Assembly (NCBI GenBank): GCA_964016885.1
Contig: OZ024750.1
Span: forward strand, 32,054,001 to 32,118,000
DNA from: Eledone cirrhosa
Taxonomy: Eukaryota
Length of the DNA stretch: 64,000 bases
Reading direction: 5' to 3'
The notes below the pieces were generated by a model. The model was not told the DNA's origin, searched no databases, and was given only the letters and a program-made list of their open reading frames with translations. Shown in pieces: positions 23,989 through 38,545 of this stretch. Each line of letters begins with the position of its first letter. Position 1 is the stretch's first letter. A program made the translations under genes and the position numbers.

Positions 23989-24771
23989 CGGTGTGTATTT
24001 ATATGTATGAGTATATGTTTTACCTGTTTTTATGTATATGCATACAAACAGGTTAATATGCGTGAGGTTAAGTATGTGTATGTGTGTGTGTGTACGTACG
24101 TAAGTATGTATCGAACGTATGGATGTGTAAATGTGCGTATGTATATAAGCATGTATATTTTATGTCTCTCTTTTATGTTTTTTTATGTTTTTATTATATT
24201 TCTTTTATTATATTTCTTTTTATTTCTAAATTTATAGATACATTTTTATGAATATGCTAAGTCTGACACCCTCCTTTAATTACTTACTCCCTTACCTCCT
24301 TTTAATTCTGCATCTAGATGTAAGTGTGTGTAGCCGTGTTTATGTGTGCGCCTCAATATCCATATAGTTATAATAATAATATATACGTATGTGTGTGTGT
24401 GCGTGTGTATATATATGTGTGTTCGTAGGTATGTGTGTGTTTATGTGTATATGCGTGTGTGTGTATGAATGTATGTATATGTGTGTATATATGTATGTAT
24501 ATATATATGTATATGTATGTATATTTTGTCTGTGGATTATAAACATACAGAGACATTAGCCCTAAATTTTTATATTTACATACACTTTTTCGACATGCGT
24601 ATGCATGTGAACATACATTTTTATGCATATCTGTGAACGAAGTTACTTACATATATACACACACCTAACTGTATTTTCTTGATGAATTTTTATGTATTTC
24701 ATTGGTCTATTTAAAATCTGTTCCCAAACAGACCTGTAATTTTGAATTGTTGTTATTATCAATAAATATAC

Positions 24772-24914
24772 TTCATTATTTCTGAAGACAGCATATATAT
24801 GTGATGGTATGTATAATCTCCTTGATAGTTTGTATAATTTTGTACGTAGATCTTTTGAATATGCATGCCAATTCTAACACATATATGTCCTAGAAACGAT
24901 CGTTAAATAATGAA
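24772..24914 (+). ncRNA. Type I hammerhead ribozyme with long stem II
   Basis: TTCATTATTT-CTGAAGA-[about 104 nt; CATATAT(AT)GTG...CACATATATG]-GAAA-CGATCG-TT-AAATAATGAA; perfect 10-bp stem I; palindromic AACGATCGTT stem III; GUU triplet. Confidence 0.78.
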
Positions 24915-25354
24915 CTTTTTTGTTTAATATAAGCAACTGTTTCTTTGTTTTATTCATTATTTTTTTAATATTTTATCTTGACTCTGTATTCCGTTTATCT
25001 TTCACCGAAAGTGATTTTTGAATGCATCTCTTCTTTGCATGATATCCGGATTACATTGAGTTCTTCATACGGATTGGACACTACCGTAAACTTTTGGTAG
25101 ATTTATCTATATATATATATATATATATATATACTATAGTAACGGTCCGGTTGCTGTCTTCTTAACAAACCACTCTTCACTGATTGACCTCGATGTCACG
25201 TGACTGATTCTTTTGAATTTGCCACCGACGCAGTAGGCAGTGATTTTTTCAATGGCTTGGAATTTAGTCCACGCTCTGCTTTTTTCCATCCACTGAATTA
25301 TTTTTGTATAAGTTCCCTGTGTCCACGTATTGTTTGGAAACTTAGCTGAGAATA

Positions 25355-25437
25355 GACTCCCTGATGACGAAAGGCTTCTCCGTACGTTTCTTCGGAAACT
25401 ATGTTTATTCCCTTTCAGAAACTAATTAGTTGGAGTT
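25355..25437 (+). ncRNA. Type I hammerhead ribozyme
   Basis: GACTCC-CTGATGA-C GAAAGG...CCTTTC A-GAAA-CTAATTAG-TT-GGAGTT; palindromic AACTAATTAGTT stem III; (TA)n begins 58 nt downstream. Confidence 0.8.
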
Positions 25438-25487
25438 AAATTTTAGTAAGTAAGTTAATTTTATGGTTTTCTTATTTTCTTATTTGG

Positions 25488-25547
<60 letters not shown>

Positions 25548-26113
25548 TTTATATACATGTAGGAGAACTCCTACCGATTCGCTGAACGAGTGTGACTTTT
25601 TAGTCCAGCCAGCTACTTGAAAACTCTGGTACAAACACTACACTTGTGACAATTATTGACACATAGTGCTGGGCCCATGGTACCATGTGACGACAAGTCC
25701 AGAGATCTCCAGATATAAAGCAATGCCTGTGCCGTGAAGCTTTTATAGTGAGAAAATGTACTGCACAAAGGCAGTCCCACTCTCTTAACCAAGATGATAT
25801 TTACCAAAAAGAAGAACAAGTCAACATCATTGGATACCATCAGGGTTGCAGGTGTTATATCAGAGTTTTCCGTCTCCTAGAATTCTACCTTGACAAAGGT
25901 TAAGGGGTCATCTCTCCCGGTGATTTTGGATGGCCATTGACTCTTAAGAGCTCCTTTTCCCTTTGACAGGTTTTGTTTTAAGTCCTGCAGGATGTCCAAA
26001 GTCACGCTCCTCACCAAGAAGCTTTGATGGGGTTGCCAGTTTAGTCGCTAACGACCCGAGCATGAGACAGGTACTGAGATACATGTTACCAGTAGCACCA
26101 ACTGGTGACCTGA
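25548..26113. repeat. Dispersed repeat, possibly the 5' region of an RTE-type LINE on the minus strand
   Basis: High similarity to 47709-48236 and a partial copy at 26230-26420; family assignment is from recalled motif CCTTCTCCTAGA...GACAAAGGCTAAG only. Confidence 0.6.
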
Positions 26114-26522
26114 CATACATACATACATACATACATGCATACATACATACATACATACATAGATACATACATACATACATACATACATACATACATACAT
26201 ACATACATGTATATGCATATTTACACATGTTTTATGGCCGTTGACTCTTATGAGTTCTTCCGCCTTGTGTTATTTTTTGTTTCTTGTCCTGCAGGGTGTC
26301 CAGAATCACCGTCCTCACCAAGTAAACTTGGTGCGGTCGCCGATTTAGTCGCCGACGACCCGACCATGCAACAGTTTGTACTGGGTTACATGTTACCAGT
26401 AGCACTCAAGAGTGACCCTACATATATATATACATATATATATATATATTTATATATACGCCAACGCACACACATATATATTTATACATACACACACACA
26501 TGCACACACACACACACACGCG

Positions 26523-26581
<59 letters not shown>

Positions 26582-26710
26582 CGAAGGAAGTGTGGTAAGG
26601 AATTATAAAATTATAAACTATAATAAAGTATTATAAAAACCTAAACTATAATAAATTAAGGACTGCGGGACTGGGGACGGTTTATTTCTTTTAATCCGGT
26701 TAATTAAATA

Positions 26711-27659
26711 AGAGATACTCAAGATTTATTCCAATAGTGTGGAGGAATACGACGAGGTAATCAGATCTGACCATAGGTAGTGCAACACCCGTGAGGGATG
26801 AAGGGGGCTAGATTATAGTATTGTTCACAGATGTTTAATATTTAGACCACCGTTTTAAGACATGCCAGGGCGCGGTGTAAAAGGCCCTGGTGCTATGGTG
26901 TTTGAGTATTATCCGACTGCTGTAGTCTAATACTCAAATAACATAGCACCAGGGCCTTTTACACCGCGCCCTCGCATTTCTTAAAACGGTGGGCTAAAAT
27001 TAAACATCTGTAAACAATACTACTATCCAGCCCCCGTTATTCCTCAAGGCAAGGTTGTTGCACTACATATGTCCAGACCTGATTACCTCGTCGTATTCCT
27101 CCACTCTAACGGAATAAATCTTGCGTATCTCTGCAGAATTGATGATTGTACCATTTAAACACCGTGGACATATAATCATGTAACTGTGCAGGGCCTGGCG
27201 TTTATGCCTTTACACTTCTCGGCGTTTAAACCCATGTTGAAATTGCAGCTTCATACTAATTTAAACCCGTGCATAAGTTTCATCGACCTTCATATTATTG
27301 AACACCCGCATTCATACATTAACTGTGCCTATTTAAATTGCCTTGACAAAGCATAATTAAATTAGCACGTAATAACTAGAATTAGGGGAATAAGTAAATA
27401 GTTTGTAATAGTGGACTATAATTTCGCAGGTAATTCCAAATAGTACCGAAATTACTCCCCTTTGTTCACAAACATAAACATCTTACTTTGTAACACCGAG
27501 ATATGAATTTCGATGTTAAAACCCTGTACTCAGGGTTCTTTATTAAATCCCTTTATTTTGTTGTAAGCCTCTGAGGAGACCAACTTGGACGTAACATGTG
27601 TAAGAGCTTCTTATAAATATATTTTAACGGCTTGTTTCTCTTTCATCAATTTCTTCGAT

Positions 27660-27660
<1 letters not shown>
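26711..27660 (+). mobile_element. Unit with about 420-bp 5' fold-back, degenerate hammerhead and (TA)n
   Basis: 26711 to about 26915 is an imperfect reverse complement of about 26925-27132; AAGCCT-CTGAGGA-GACCAACTTGGAC-GTAA-CATGTG-TA-AGAGCTT at 27565-27609 has GAAA changed to GTAA. Confidence 0.6.
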
Positions 27661-27708
<48 letters not shown>

Positions 27709-27854
27709 TTGTGTGAAATGTGTGTATGTGTGTGTGTCTAATAAATCTTATTCGTAGCACTACTGATTCTCCGTTTCTTATGTGATATAGATATATATAG
27801 ATAAATATATATATATATATATAATATATATATATATTATATATATATATATAT

Positions 27855-27888
<34 letters not shown>

Positions 27889-27954
27889 ATATATATTATA
27901 TATATATATATATATATGATATAAGATCAAAGATGGTTAAAGGAGTTCCATGTA

Positions 27955-28021
27955 TTGTATTATGCGCATTTCAAAAACAAACATCATCATGCAATAATAT
28001 TTGTGTTTTCATCAGATAAAA
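27955..28021 (-). ncRNA. Type I hammerhead ribozyme (left arm)
   Basis: Minus strand TTTTAT-CTGATGA-AAACACAAATATT...ATGTTTGTTTTT-GAAA-TGCGCA-TA-ATACAA. Confidence 0.75.
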
Positions 28022-28172
28022 CAGGAGAACATGATATGAAGGCTAAAAAACACTTGTGGATAGTGCAGTTTTAAATCAACATACGAAAAGTGGTTTTAGA
28101 TTGATGTGTGATATTGGGAAAAATATTTTATTTTTTAAAAGTGTTTTTTAGCCTTCATATCATGTTCTCCTT

Positions 28173-28239
28173 TTTTGTCTGATGAAAACACAAATATTAT
28201 TGCATGATGATGTTTGTTTTTGAAATGCGCATAATAAAA
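28173..28239 (+). ncRNA. Type I hammerhead ribozyme (right arm)
   Basis: TTTTGT-CTGATGA-stem II-GAAA-TGCGCA-TA-ATAAAA; palindromic ATGCGCAT stem III; AUA triplet. Confidence 0.8.
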
Positions 28240-28362
28240 TACATGGAACTCCTGTAACCATCTTTTGATATTATATTATGTATACTCCAGTCCTACAAAC
28301 TGTAGAGTGCTTCTTATCCGATATCTGCATTGCTTTATTGTACTACAATAAAACTCACCTCC

Positions 28363-29700
<1,338 letters not shown>

Positions 29701-29787
29701 TTAAAAGGTAAACAGAAATAACAATTCAATCGGTACAGAATATGGAAGGGATATATTAGATTAACGCTTGATATAGCAGGAAGAGGG

Positions 29788-29823
29788 TCTTAACGTTTCA
29801 GATGCTAGTCCTTCATCAGAAGA
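29788..29823 (-). ncRNA. Minimal type I hammerhead (Penelope-type)
   Basis: Minus strand TCTT-CTGATGA-AGGACTAGCATCT-GAAA-CG-TT-AAGA; AACGTT palindrome; (TA)n about 90 nt downstream. Confidence 0.65.
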
Positions 29824-30734
29824 AAAAATGAGAAAAAAGATAGATTGAGGGAACGGGCTGGTTGGAATTGGAAAAAGTGTCTTTAGATAAAAATTACAGG
29901 TCCATTCATGCTGACATCTTTTGCGAAACTTTTGGTGCTGGCGTTTTGTGTATGATTTATTTTTTACAAAGTGGGTGATAGAGAGCGTCTACTTGTTAAT
30001 AAATAGTTTTATCGTTCTACATGGCTGAATACAAGAAATATAAATCTGGCTGATCAGTGGGTTGCTAATATGGAGATCTGAATTATCAGACAGTCTGCTA
30101 ACATGAAAATATGGCCGATCAGTCACTGTATATTCCGGAAATTATCATATAATTTCACCAGGTCAGACAGCTGGCAGGTAAACAGTATACGGTACCGATG
30201 TAGGGTAATAACCCAGAAACATTAGTGTTTGCCGTTCTGTTTATGTAACAACACAAGAGCAAGAATGATGGGGTCATTCTACTGACATGAATAGTATTAT
30301 TAATATTCGAAAAACTCAGATTTATATATGTAATAGATTATAGGGTCATTTTGTCCAGAATAGAGCAAAGCAACTTTTGATTCTTTCTAACCATTTTCTC
30401 TTAAATTTGTTTAATGTGTCAGCGATGCGAAAGTGAATTAGCAAGTGTGCCATATACTGAAATATAGTAATAAATAAATAAATGTTATTTCATTTTCTTT
30501 TTATCCTTTTGGCAACATGTTCAGTTTGTCACTCAATAATGTCTCCTATGTTCAGAGTTTCTTCACTATCTAAATCAGTATTAATGTATTCTCAAGATGT
30601 CTTATGTCACCATCCTTCTCCCCTCCGCTCCTCGCTTCCTATCGCCTTTCTATTTCCTCTTCACCAAAAAGACTAATTATGAGGCAGGGTTCCATTATCA
30701 GCCGGCATGCAATACATGTGGTGTTCGATACCCC

Positions 30735-30950
30735 ACAAGTGTCCGTTTCGAGAAACTGCTGAGCTGAACGGTCTCCACTCCGTTTTAACGTCCTCTGTCT
30801 GCTCAGGGATTTCTCTGAATTTGGATGCAATAATGTCTGCATACCTGGTCCTGACTTCCTTATCCACCAAATATTCCCACTTTATCCTGTATGTCGCCAT
30901 GGACCTGTCGGTTTTGTGGGCTTCTTTAGCTTTAGCTTGTCTCGATTCTC
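30735..30950 (-). pseudogene. RTE-type LINE fragment (endonuclease-RT linker)
   Basis: YRIKWEYLVDKEVRTRYADIIASKFREIPEQTEDVKTEWRPFSSAVS resembles the recalled RTE linker pattern R-x2-WE...F-x2-IP...D-x3-EW-x2-F. Confidence 0.5.
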
Positions 30951-32858
30951 TGGCATTTATAACGTAGTTATGTATTTGTCTCTATATTGTTTTCCTCATA
31001 TTTTCCTTCAACCATTTCTTATATACAATATATATATATATCTTTATATTTGATTTCACGTGTTTTCTCGTAATCACTTTCCTTGATGTTTACAAATTCT
31101 GATAGAATATCCGAGATTTATCTAATGAAACATTATATTTATCCCACCATTGGGATTGTATTCCCAGTGACCTTATTAAAGTAAAGAGGTAAAATCCAGG
31201 TTGTTTTTATTTATGCATTTGTGAATTCGATGTTATAAATTCAAATCATTCTTTTATATTTTCTATTACATTATGCCGATGTATATATAACGTTTATGTA
31301 TATCAATCATTCATAACCATCCTTACTTTTTAAATATTCGGTTCTCATTTTAAAGTAATTTTAAAGTAAGTTTCTGTTTAACTAGAACATGTTTTGAGTC
31401 TGGGATTAGAGAATCAATTTATATTTAGTACAAGATAAATTTCCAAGACTGACTTGCGTTAACGTATCTACTGATATTGTTTCAGGCTACATCCACTTAT
31501 TGGGCAAACATATTAGCTTTGGAAATCCCACTCATAATTAGTATTGTTAGGCATAGTGTATGTTATAGATAAGACGGGGAATTAGCAGCGTTGTTAAAAC
31601 CTGACTTAGAAAGCTTTGCGGTATTCGTTTCAGCACTCTTTCTGCACACTGAGTTGAAATTCCACCAAGATCAAACTTGTCTTTCATTCTTTCGATAAAG
31701 AAATTACCAGTCAAGTAGTGGGATCGATACTTCCGTTTCATCTCTCTCGCTTTCCATCCATCTCTAGGAAATAATTTTAAAAGTCTTTGAAGTGCCGCAT
31801 GTCAATACGTCGTCCCTACGAGTCCCTTGGGAGTTACGGCCCAAATGCATGCTTATGATGTAGATATTCTACCGTTGGTTCCGTTACTTATGGGTTTCTT
31901 TTATCTTGCTTGATCTATCATATATTTTAGAATGTTTTGAGCCTAAATTATACATTTCGTATTTTCGCAGACATTTCTAGTTTTTATGAGTAGAATATTT
32001 ATAACATTGTTATGAGAAAATATGATTTGTTAAATGATACTAATTCAATTATATATCTTCTAAATAGTTACTTTCAAAGTATGTCAGATATTTCAAAACG
32101 ATTGCCGCTAAACCCATTTATTTCAAGCTTCATTTATAATAAATGCACGTATATACGGTAGAGACGGGCCAGCTAAATCTAATGTCAATCACTTTGAAGT
32201 TTCTAGTTATTGATATCGTTCTGAGAACAATATGTTTGTGTCTAATTATATTTCTTCAGAATATTAGAGCGTGTTCACATTTGTGTGTTTACTTCCATAC
32301 GCTATTTAGAACCTCAATAATATTACGGTGAAATTTAATCAAGTATTAACAGTCCAATCCAAGGTTAAGTAGCCATTAATAAATTTCATATTTCATTACA
32401 TTCTTGTGTGGTTTCAATCTAGTATGCTACAGATGCTATTAACGAATCTCCCCGAACGTGTGAAGATATTAGTAGTGGTTAAATACACGACTATGAGTCT
32501 TCGTTGTTTGGAGCTTGTTTATGGTTTTTTTTTTGTTTCTTGTTTTCTATAAGGAGTGTCTATGTTTTTATTATGGTTTCAGACATTAATACAAATATTT
32601 GTTTTATTTGGTCGGGGTAGGTTAATTGATTTCCTTTCCATTGCCGTATGTCATTATGGAACTTCATTGAATGTTTTCCGAAATATTATCTCTATTACGC
32701 ACCATAGCACTTCGTTCATTGCTGTACTTGAGAACAATTCGGCGAACCATATGACCTTCTCTATACAAAAACAACGGCCTGTCAAATGCTGAAAATTTTG
32801 TTTGGGGTGATTTACTTCTCTCAAACACGGATCGTATCACATACATACACACGCACAG

Positions 32859-32938
<80 letters not shown>

Positions 32939-34848
32939 GAAATAGGATTTAGATTCAGGCATAGCTGTATATGTATAGAAAGTACGTATTTCTACAGAAA
33001 CATGGCTTTAGGAAACCGTAGCTTCTGATGGACACCACCGGAGCTAACGCCCTCTGCGATGTCCATCAGAAGCAAGGGGGCCAATCGTCTATGCATTTGA
33101 GACTTGACTGATCTTCCTCGGGACGGTCCCTCCCACCTCTTGAGACTGCTGTACTTGAGAACAGTCGAGAACATATAGTTTTCTTGTCTGTGTAAATGGG
33201 GTGATTGATCTCATTTGTATATGAAGCTGCATAAGTTGGCTCAGCTTACAATAGAATAAAAATAGGATTTAGCTTCAGGCATAGCTGTATATAAATATGT
33301 ATAGAAATGTCGTAAATTTATATGTTTGTGTGTTGTGTGTATATCTGTGTGTGTGTATGTATATATGTATGTATACACAGGCATCGCTTGATATGTGACA
33401 TCTTTTGGTGATGCATGACATGGCTGGCTATAGGTAAGTCCCTAGCAGGCCTAAAATCCACGTCCGTGGTGCTCATGCTTCAGTATCAAGCGATGACATT
33501 AATCAAAACCGAGTGGCAGCTGTCGTGTACTTATATATGTATGGATGGATGGATAGATGGACGGATGGCCGGACGGACGTACGTATACATGTATGTAAGG
33601 GAATTCTCAGTTTGGTGCCCGAGCACGTGGTTATTCACTGTAATGAAACACTATACACGCATATATTTTATATAATATCTCTATAAATCTACGCATTGAT
33701 GCATGAGTCTAAATTAGCGTTGCCAGATATTAAAGACATCACTGTGGTAATTTTAGCTTAGTATGGACTCTTTCTTCTTTTATTACTGAAATAAATTACT
33801 TGCCTTTTCTTTTATGCCAATATCCAAATGTAATCAACCCATGACATATGTTAAGAAGTGAAATTTGATAATTGTATACCAAATTGGTCTATACAATCAT
33901 CTTTAACCCTATATAAACACAATCATTTTAACTGATATTCATATATTGTATATAGTTTGTTTCGAGATGTGTAAATTTAATGTGGTGTGAATATACTTTA
34001 ATAACACTGTAGGCGACTATTTTCAAAAGTATTAATATTTCCTCAAGCATTGAACGTCTTCTTAGGGACAAATATATTTATATGATAATATTTTTCATGA
34101 TAAGAATTTAGAATCATCATAAAATCTCCCACTTGCTTTCGAAGAAAATGGAAGAATAATAAGAATTTTGTATATCGTGCATCACACTGCTTAAATAATA
34201 ATAGAAAATATCATGTATTTGCATACTCATAATTGACTAATCATGGATTTGTTTACATGTAAATGTATTTATTTATTGCAAAGAAATGATTTGAGCAGTT
34301 GTGGGTTGTAACATCAATTAATATATAAATATATTCATATTTGTAGCCAGTTATACAGCATTTGTTTATGGTGTATATCAATAGGAGAGGACAAAGACGA
34401 GATACGATCTACAATTACTATGCATGAAAATAATTTTCTTTATGCCACATATTTTCACTATGAGCATCCAAACAAATATGTATGTAATATTAGATAAATA
34501 AGAAACACGTATATGTATATATACATATGTGTGTGTGTGTATGTATATATGTTATATACATTGAAGTTTATGGTTCACCAGTGGATAGAACTGGTCATAG
34601 TTAACCATGATGCGATAGGAAGAAAAATCATTCAACGTAACGCAACTCAATCATCTTTGATGTAATATTCTGTTCGTGGTGCGTGAACGGAGTTAAATGT
34701 TATTGAATAAAGTGAAATTTGAAATTCCTTTAAAGTTTTTATTTTTGCAGACACTTATTTCAATGGCCTGTAGATTTCCAGCGACATTATAAGTTCATTG
34801 AATAACAGTCATAAAGGATCAGGATACACATAGACAAAAAAATAAAAT

Positions 34849-34940
<92 letters not shown>

Positions 34941-35828
34941 TGTTTATCCATCTCTGTTTGTAACTCTGTTTCTCTCTCTAAACACACACACACACACACA
35001 CTCTCACACACACACACACACACAAATACACATCCATGGTTAGAGTTAGGGAATCCATGGTGTAAAGGAATACCACAAACTGTGAAATGGGATATATTGC
35101 AAGTAGGTTAGTTGCCGTGACGGACAGCAGGTGGTGTGGAGTTATTTCATCTGCTAATCAACGGCTGGTCTCTCCAATATATATAAAAACACAGAAAAGG
35201 TATTTAATGCAATAATGACATATCCATTCTATCAGGAGAAGTGTTGTAGAAAGATCCTATTAAAATATTTGGTAATGAGTGATGTAGGACAAGTACAAAC
35301 GGAGGTAAAAAGGCAGCCATGGATTTAAAATCTCGAATTTGAAGGGCAGAAATAGATTGTGGGCTGCGAGGGATGTGTACAATAAGGTTGGTGAAATTAG
35401 AACTTATAGTGGTAGATATATGTTTGTAGGTAACGGTGATGTCAGATGGAGTGAAAAGGGGTTAACGCAAAAGTTCTTCAGTTGGCAGAAAGGTTCTCAA
35501 TTATTGTTAGTCGACCAATCGACCTCCACCTCATCTTTTTCAAACACTTTGCTCTCAAAATCGTTGCGGAGAAAGAGAGATTGCCGAGTACGGAGAGCTC
35601 AGCTTTATAGATGCTGAGAGTGTGTGGAAATTAGAACTATTATCACTGAAGTCACCTAGATTCGGGACAGCATCGAAGATTGCAAATGGACGTAAGGGGG
35701 GGTAGAGTGATTTGATGGAGGAGGTGCTTGATATGAATGAGAGAAGTGGCGGGTAGGGCTAGTGGAGTTATGTAGGAAAGAACGGAGTGTGGGTGACTTG
35801 GTGTCAGATGCATGCACACACACACACA

Positions 35829-35939
<111 letters not shown>

Positions 35940-36109
35940 TTATATTATAGAACAAAATAAACTCATTTAAATAGTTGTCTGAATGACAATTACCTCTGAA
36001 GTACACACTGCACATACTTATTATGTTTCAATCCGTTTCTATACTCAAGTAACTTGTATTTAAGTAATTTTGTGGAGGAAATTTGGAGCAATTATATAAA
36101 ATATATATA

Positions 36110-36225
36110 GGCGTGTGGCTGAGTGGTTAGAGAACTGGATTCGCAATCGTAAGGTTGTGAGTTCGATTCCTGGACCAGGTGATGCGTTATGTCCTTGAGC
36201 AAGACACTTTATTTCACGTTGCTCC
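36110..36225 (+). mobile_element. tRNA-derived SINE, second family (related copy about 52280-52510)
   Basis: GGCGTGTGGCTGAGTGGTTAG (A box), GTGAGTTCGATTCC (B box), then GTCCTTGAGCAAGACACTTTATTTCACG. Confidence 0.75.
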
Positions 36226-36464
36226 TTCTACCTGGAGATGCGACCGATAGATAGTATTAGCAATTGGAAAGACCAACGGAAACATTGTTCCCTCAGTCCG
36301 ATTTGACGAAAGTCGATCGTTCCTTTTATATATGTAAAAGTTATATTTAAATTGTTGGGATACAACAAGCAAATATTTTTATAACTGATATAAAGCACTC
36401 AACAAATAATTGGAGTAAAAATACGATATTAACAAATGGAAATTATATTTATAAAACCATATTT

Positions 36465-36527
36465 ATTTCATTATACATATTTCAAGGACACCAAGTTAAA
36501 TTATGGTGTGCTTTCATCAGATAAAAT
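36465..36527 (-). ncRNA. Type I hammerhead ribozyme in unit 36340-36622
   Basis: Minus strand ATTTTAT-CTGATGA-AAGCACACCA...TGGTGTCCTT-GAAA-TATGTA-TA-ATGAAAT; 36601-36622 is an inverted copy of 36422-36443. Confidence 0.78.
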
Positions 36528-36791
36528 ATAATATAGAGCAGTTTTATAAATAAATGTTGACATACCCTTAAAGAATGCAACCATTACTGTTAGAAGCTCA
36601 GTTTCCATTTGTTAATATCGTATATATATATATATATATTTAATACATATATAATATATATATATATTATACATAGATATTATATATATTATATATATAT
36701 ATATTTTTATAACAGATTCGAAGCAGTCTACAATCCTTAAAACGATAAGTTATTGATTTGGGATATGTCAAAATTTATAATACAACTTTTG

Positions 36792-36852
36792 TATTTTATC
36801 TGATGAGTGCGTACCAAAATTTTGGTACCCTTGAAATATATATAATAAAATA
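36792..36852 (+). ncRNA. Type I hammerhead ribozyme
   Basis: TATTTTAT-CTGATGA-GTGCGTACCAAAATTTTGGTACCCTT-GAAA-TATATA-TA-ATAAAATA; perfect 8-bp stem I. Confidence 0.82.
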
Positions 36853-36904
36853 AATAACTATGGTTTCATAAAGATAGTTTCCATTTATTAATATTATTGA
36901 TATG

Positions 36905-36960
<56 letters not shown>

Positions 36961-36964
<4 letters not shown>

Positions 36965-37161
36965 CAATGAATTGTGGTAAGGAACCAGATGGTCCATAAC
37001 GTACCAGAGTACGCAATACTTAGGGTAGTAGAGTGGGAAATAGGAAAAAGTTGACCCCGACGGCAGAGCTCAAGCCGTATCGACGGCTATTTCTGGACTC
37101 AAATAGTCCAGAAATAGCCGTCGAAACGGCTTGAGCTCGGCCGTCGGGGCCATACTTTTTC
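36961..37161 (-). mobile_element. Fold-back mini-element between (TA)n tracts (family also at 57116-57430)
   Basis: Arms 37044-37099 and 37105-37161 with a unique extension 36961-37043 shared with 57241-57321. Confidence 0.8.
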
Positions 37162-37610
37162 ATATATATATATATATATACACACAAACTCACACACACA
37201 TGTACATATATAGTTATTGAAAGTTTCTGATAACAGCCATTCACTATCACGTACAATAAATGATTTAGGTTTTCCTAGATCTCTACAACTTACATGTAGG
37301 TGTCCGAATCATTGAATTTGTTTATGATATTCGATTATTCATAAATTCAATAGACCCTGTTCATTGTCTGTGCAATTCTTTGTCTATAATGCATATCAAC
37401 TTACATATTGCTCCATTCAAACCGCCGCCAGCACATTTAGGCGATATAAATATATACTTATCTACACACACAAACACATACACACATACTCATAAATATA
37501 TATATACTTATCTACACAGATGCATATAAGCTGATCTGAGCTTTCACTATTTGACTCTCCCTCTTTCTCTCTCCCTCTCTCTCTTTCTCTTCTCTCTCTA
37601 TATATATATA

Positions 37611-37646
<36 letters not shown>

Positions 37647-37746
37647 AGTATATCTATATATATATGTATATATATATACATAAGTTTATCTATATATATA
37701 TGTATATATATATATACAAAAGTATATATATATACATATACATAAG

Positions 37747-37786
<40 letters not shown>

Positions 37787-37884
37787 GATATATACAAAAC
37801 TATATGTATATATATATATATACATACATACATACATATATATACAACAGTATATGTATATATATATATAGATATATGCAAAAG

Positions 37885-37933
<49 letters not shown>

Positions 37934-38176
37934 TTATATACATAGATATGTATATCTATGTATATATATATACATACATATGTATATCTATGTATATATA
38001 TATATATATATATATACATAGATATGTATATAGATATATAAATAACTATATGTATAACTATATACATAGATATATACATACGTATATATATTATTCAGAA
38101 TAATAATAAATGAAGACATTCACATAATCAAAATATATGTTTTATTATATATATTTCGAAGGAACTGTGCTCATAC

Positions 38177-38219
<43 letters not shown>

Positions 38220-38298
38220 CGTATATGTATATGTATAACTATATACATAGATATATACATAAGTATATGTATAAATATATACATAGATATATATATAC

Positions 38299-38339
<41 letters not shown>

Positions 38340-38476
38340 TATATACATACGTATATATATATATATATAGATATAGATATATACATACGTATATATATAT
38401 ATATAGAGAGAGAGAGATATATATATACATACGTATATATATATATATATAGAGAGAGAGATATATATATACATAC

Positions 38477-38545
<69 letters not shown>

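Larger units (their letters stand above)
21580..25108 (+). mobile_element. 5'-truncated Penelope-like element with inverted pseudo-LTR
   Basis: About 230-bp near-identical inverted repeats 21580-21812 and 24745-24976, each with a hammerhead; GIY-YIG remnant inside; 3' extension to (TA)n. Confidence 0.85.
27920..28362 (+). mobile_element. Fold-back mini-element with a hammerhead in each arm
   Basis: Arms 27920-28055 and 28139-28275, about 83-nt spacer, 3' extension 28276-28362, (TA)n on both sides. Confidence 0.8.

Noticed and set aside
35340-35800. Purine-rich segment as a retroelement coding remnant
   Set aside because: No recognisable motif recovered by hand translation.
36110-36180. tRNA gene
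   Set aside because: A and B boxes are present but no clean cloverleaf, and it continues into a SINE body found elsewhere in the window.
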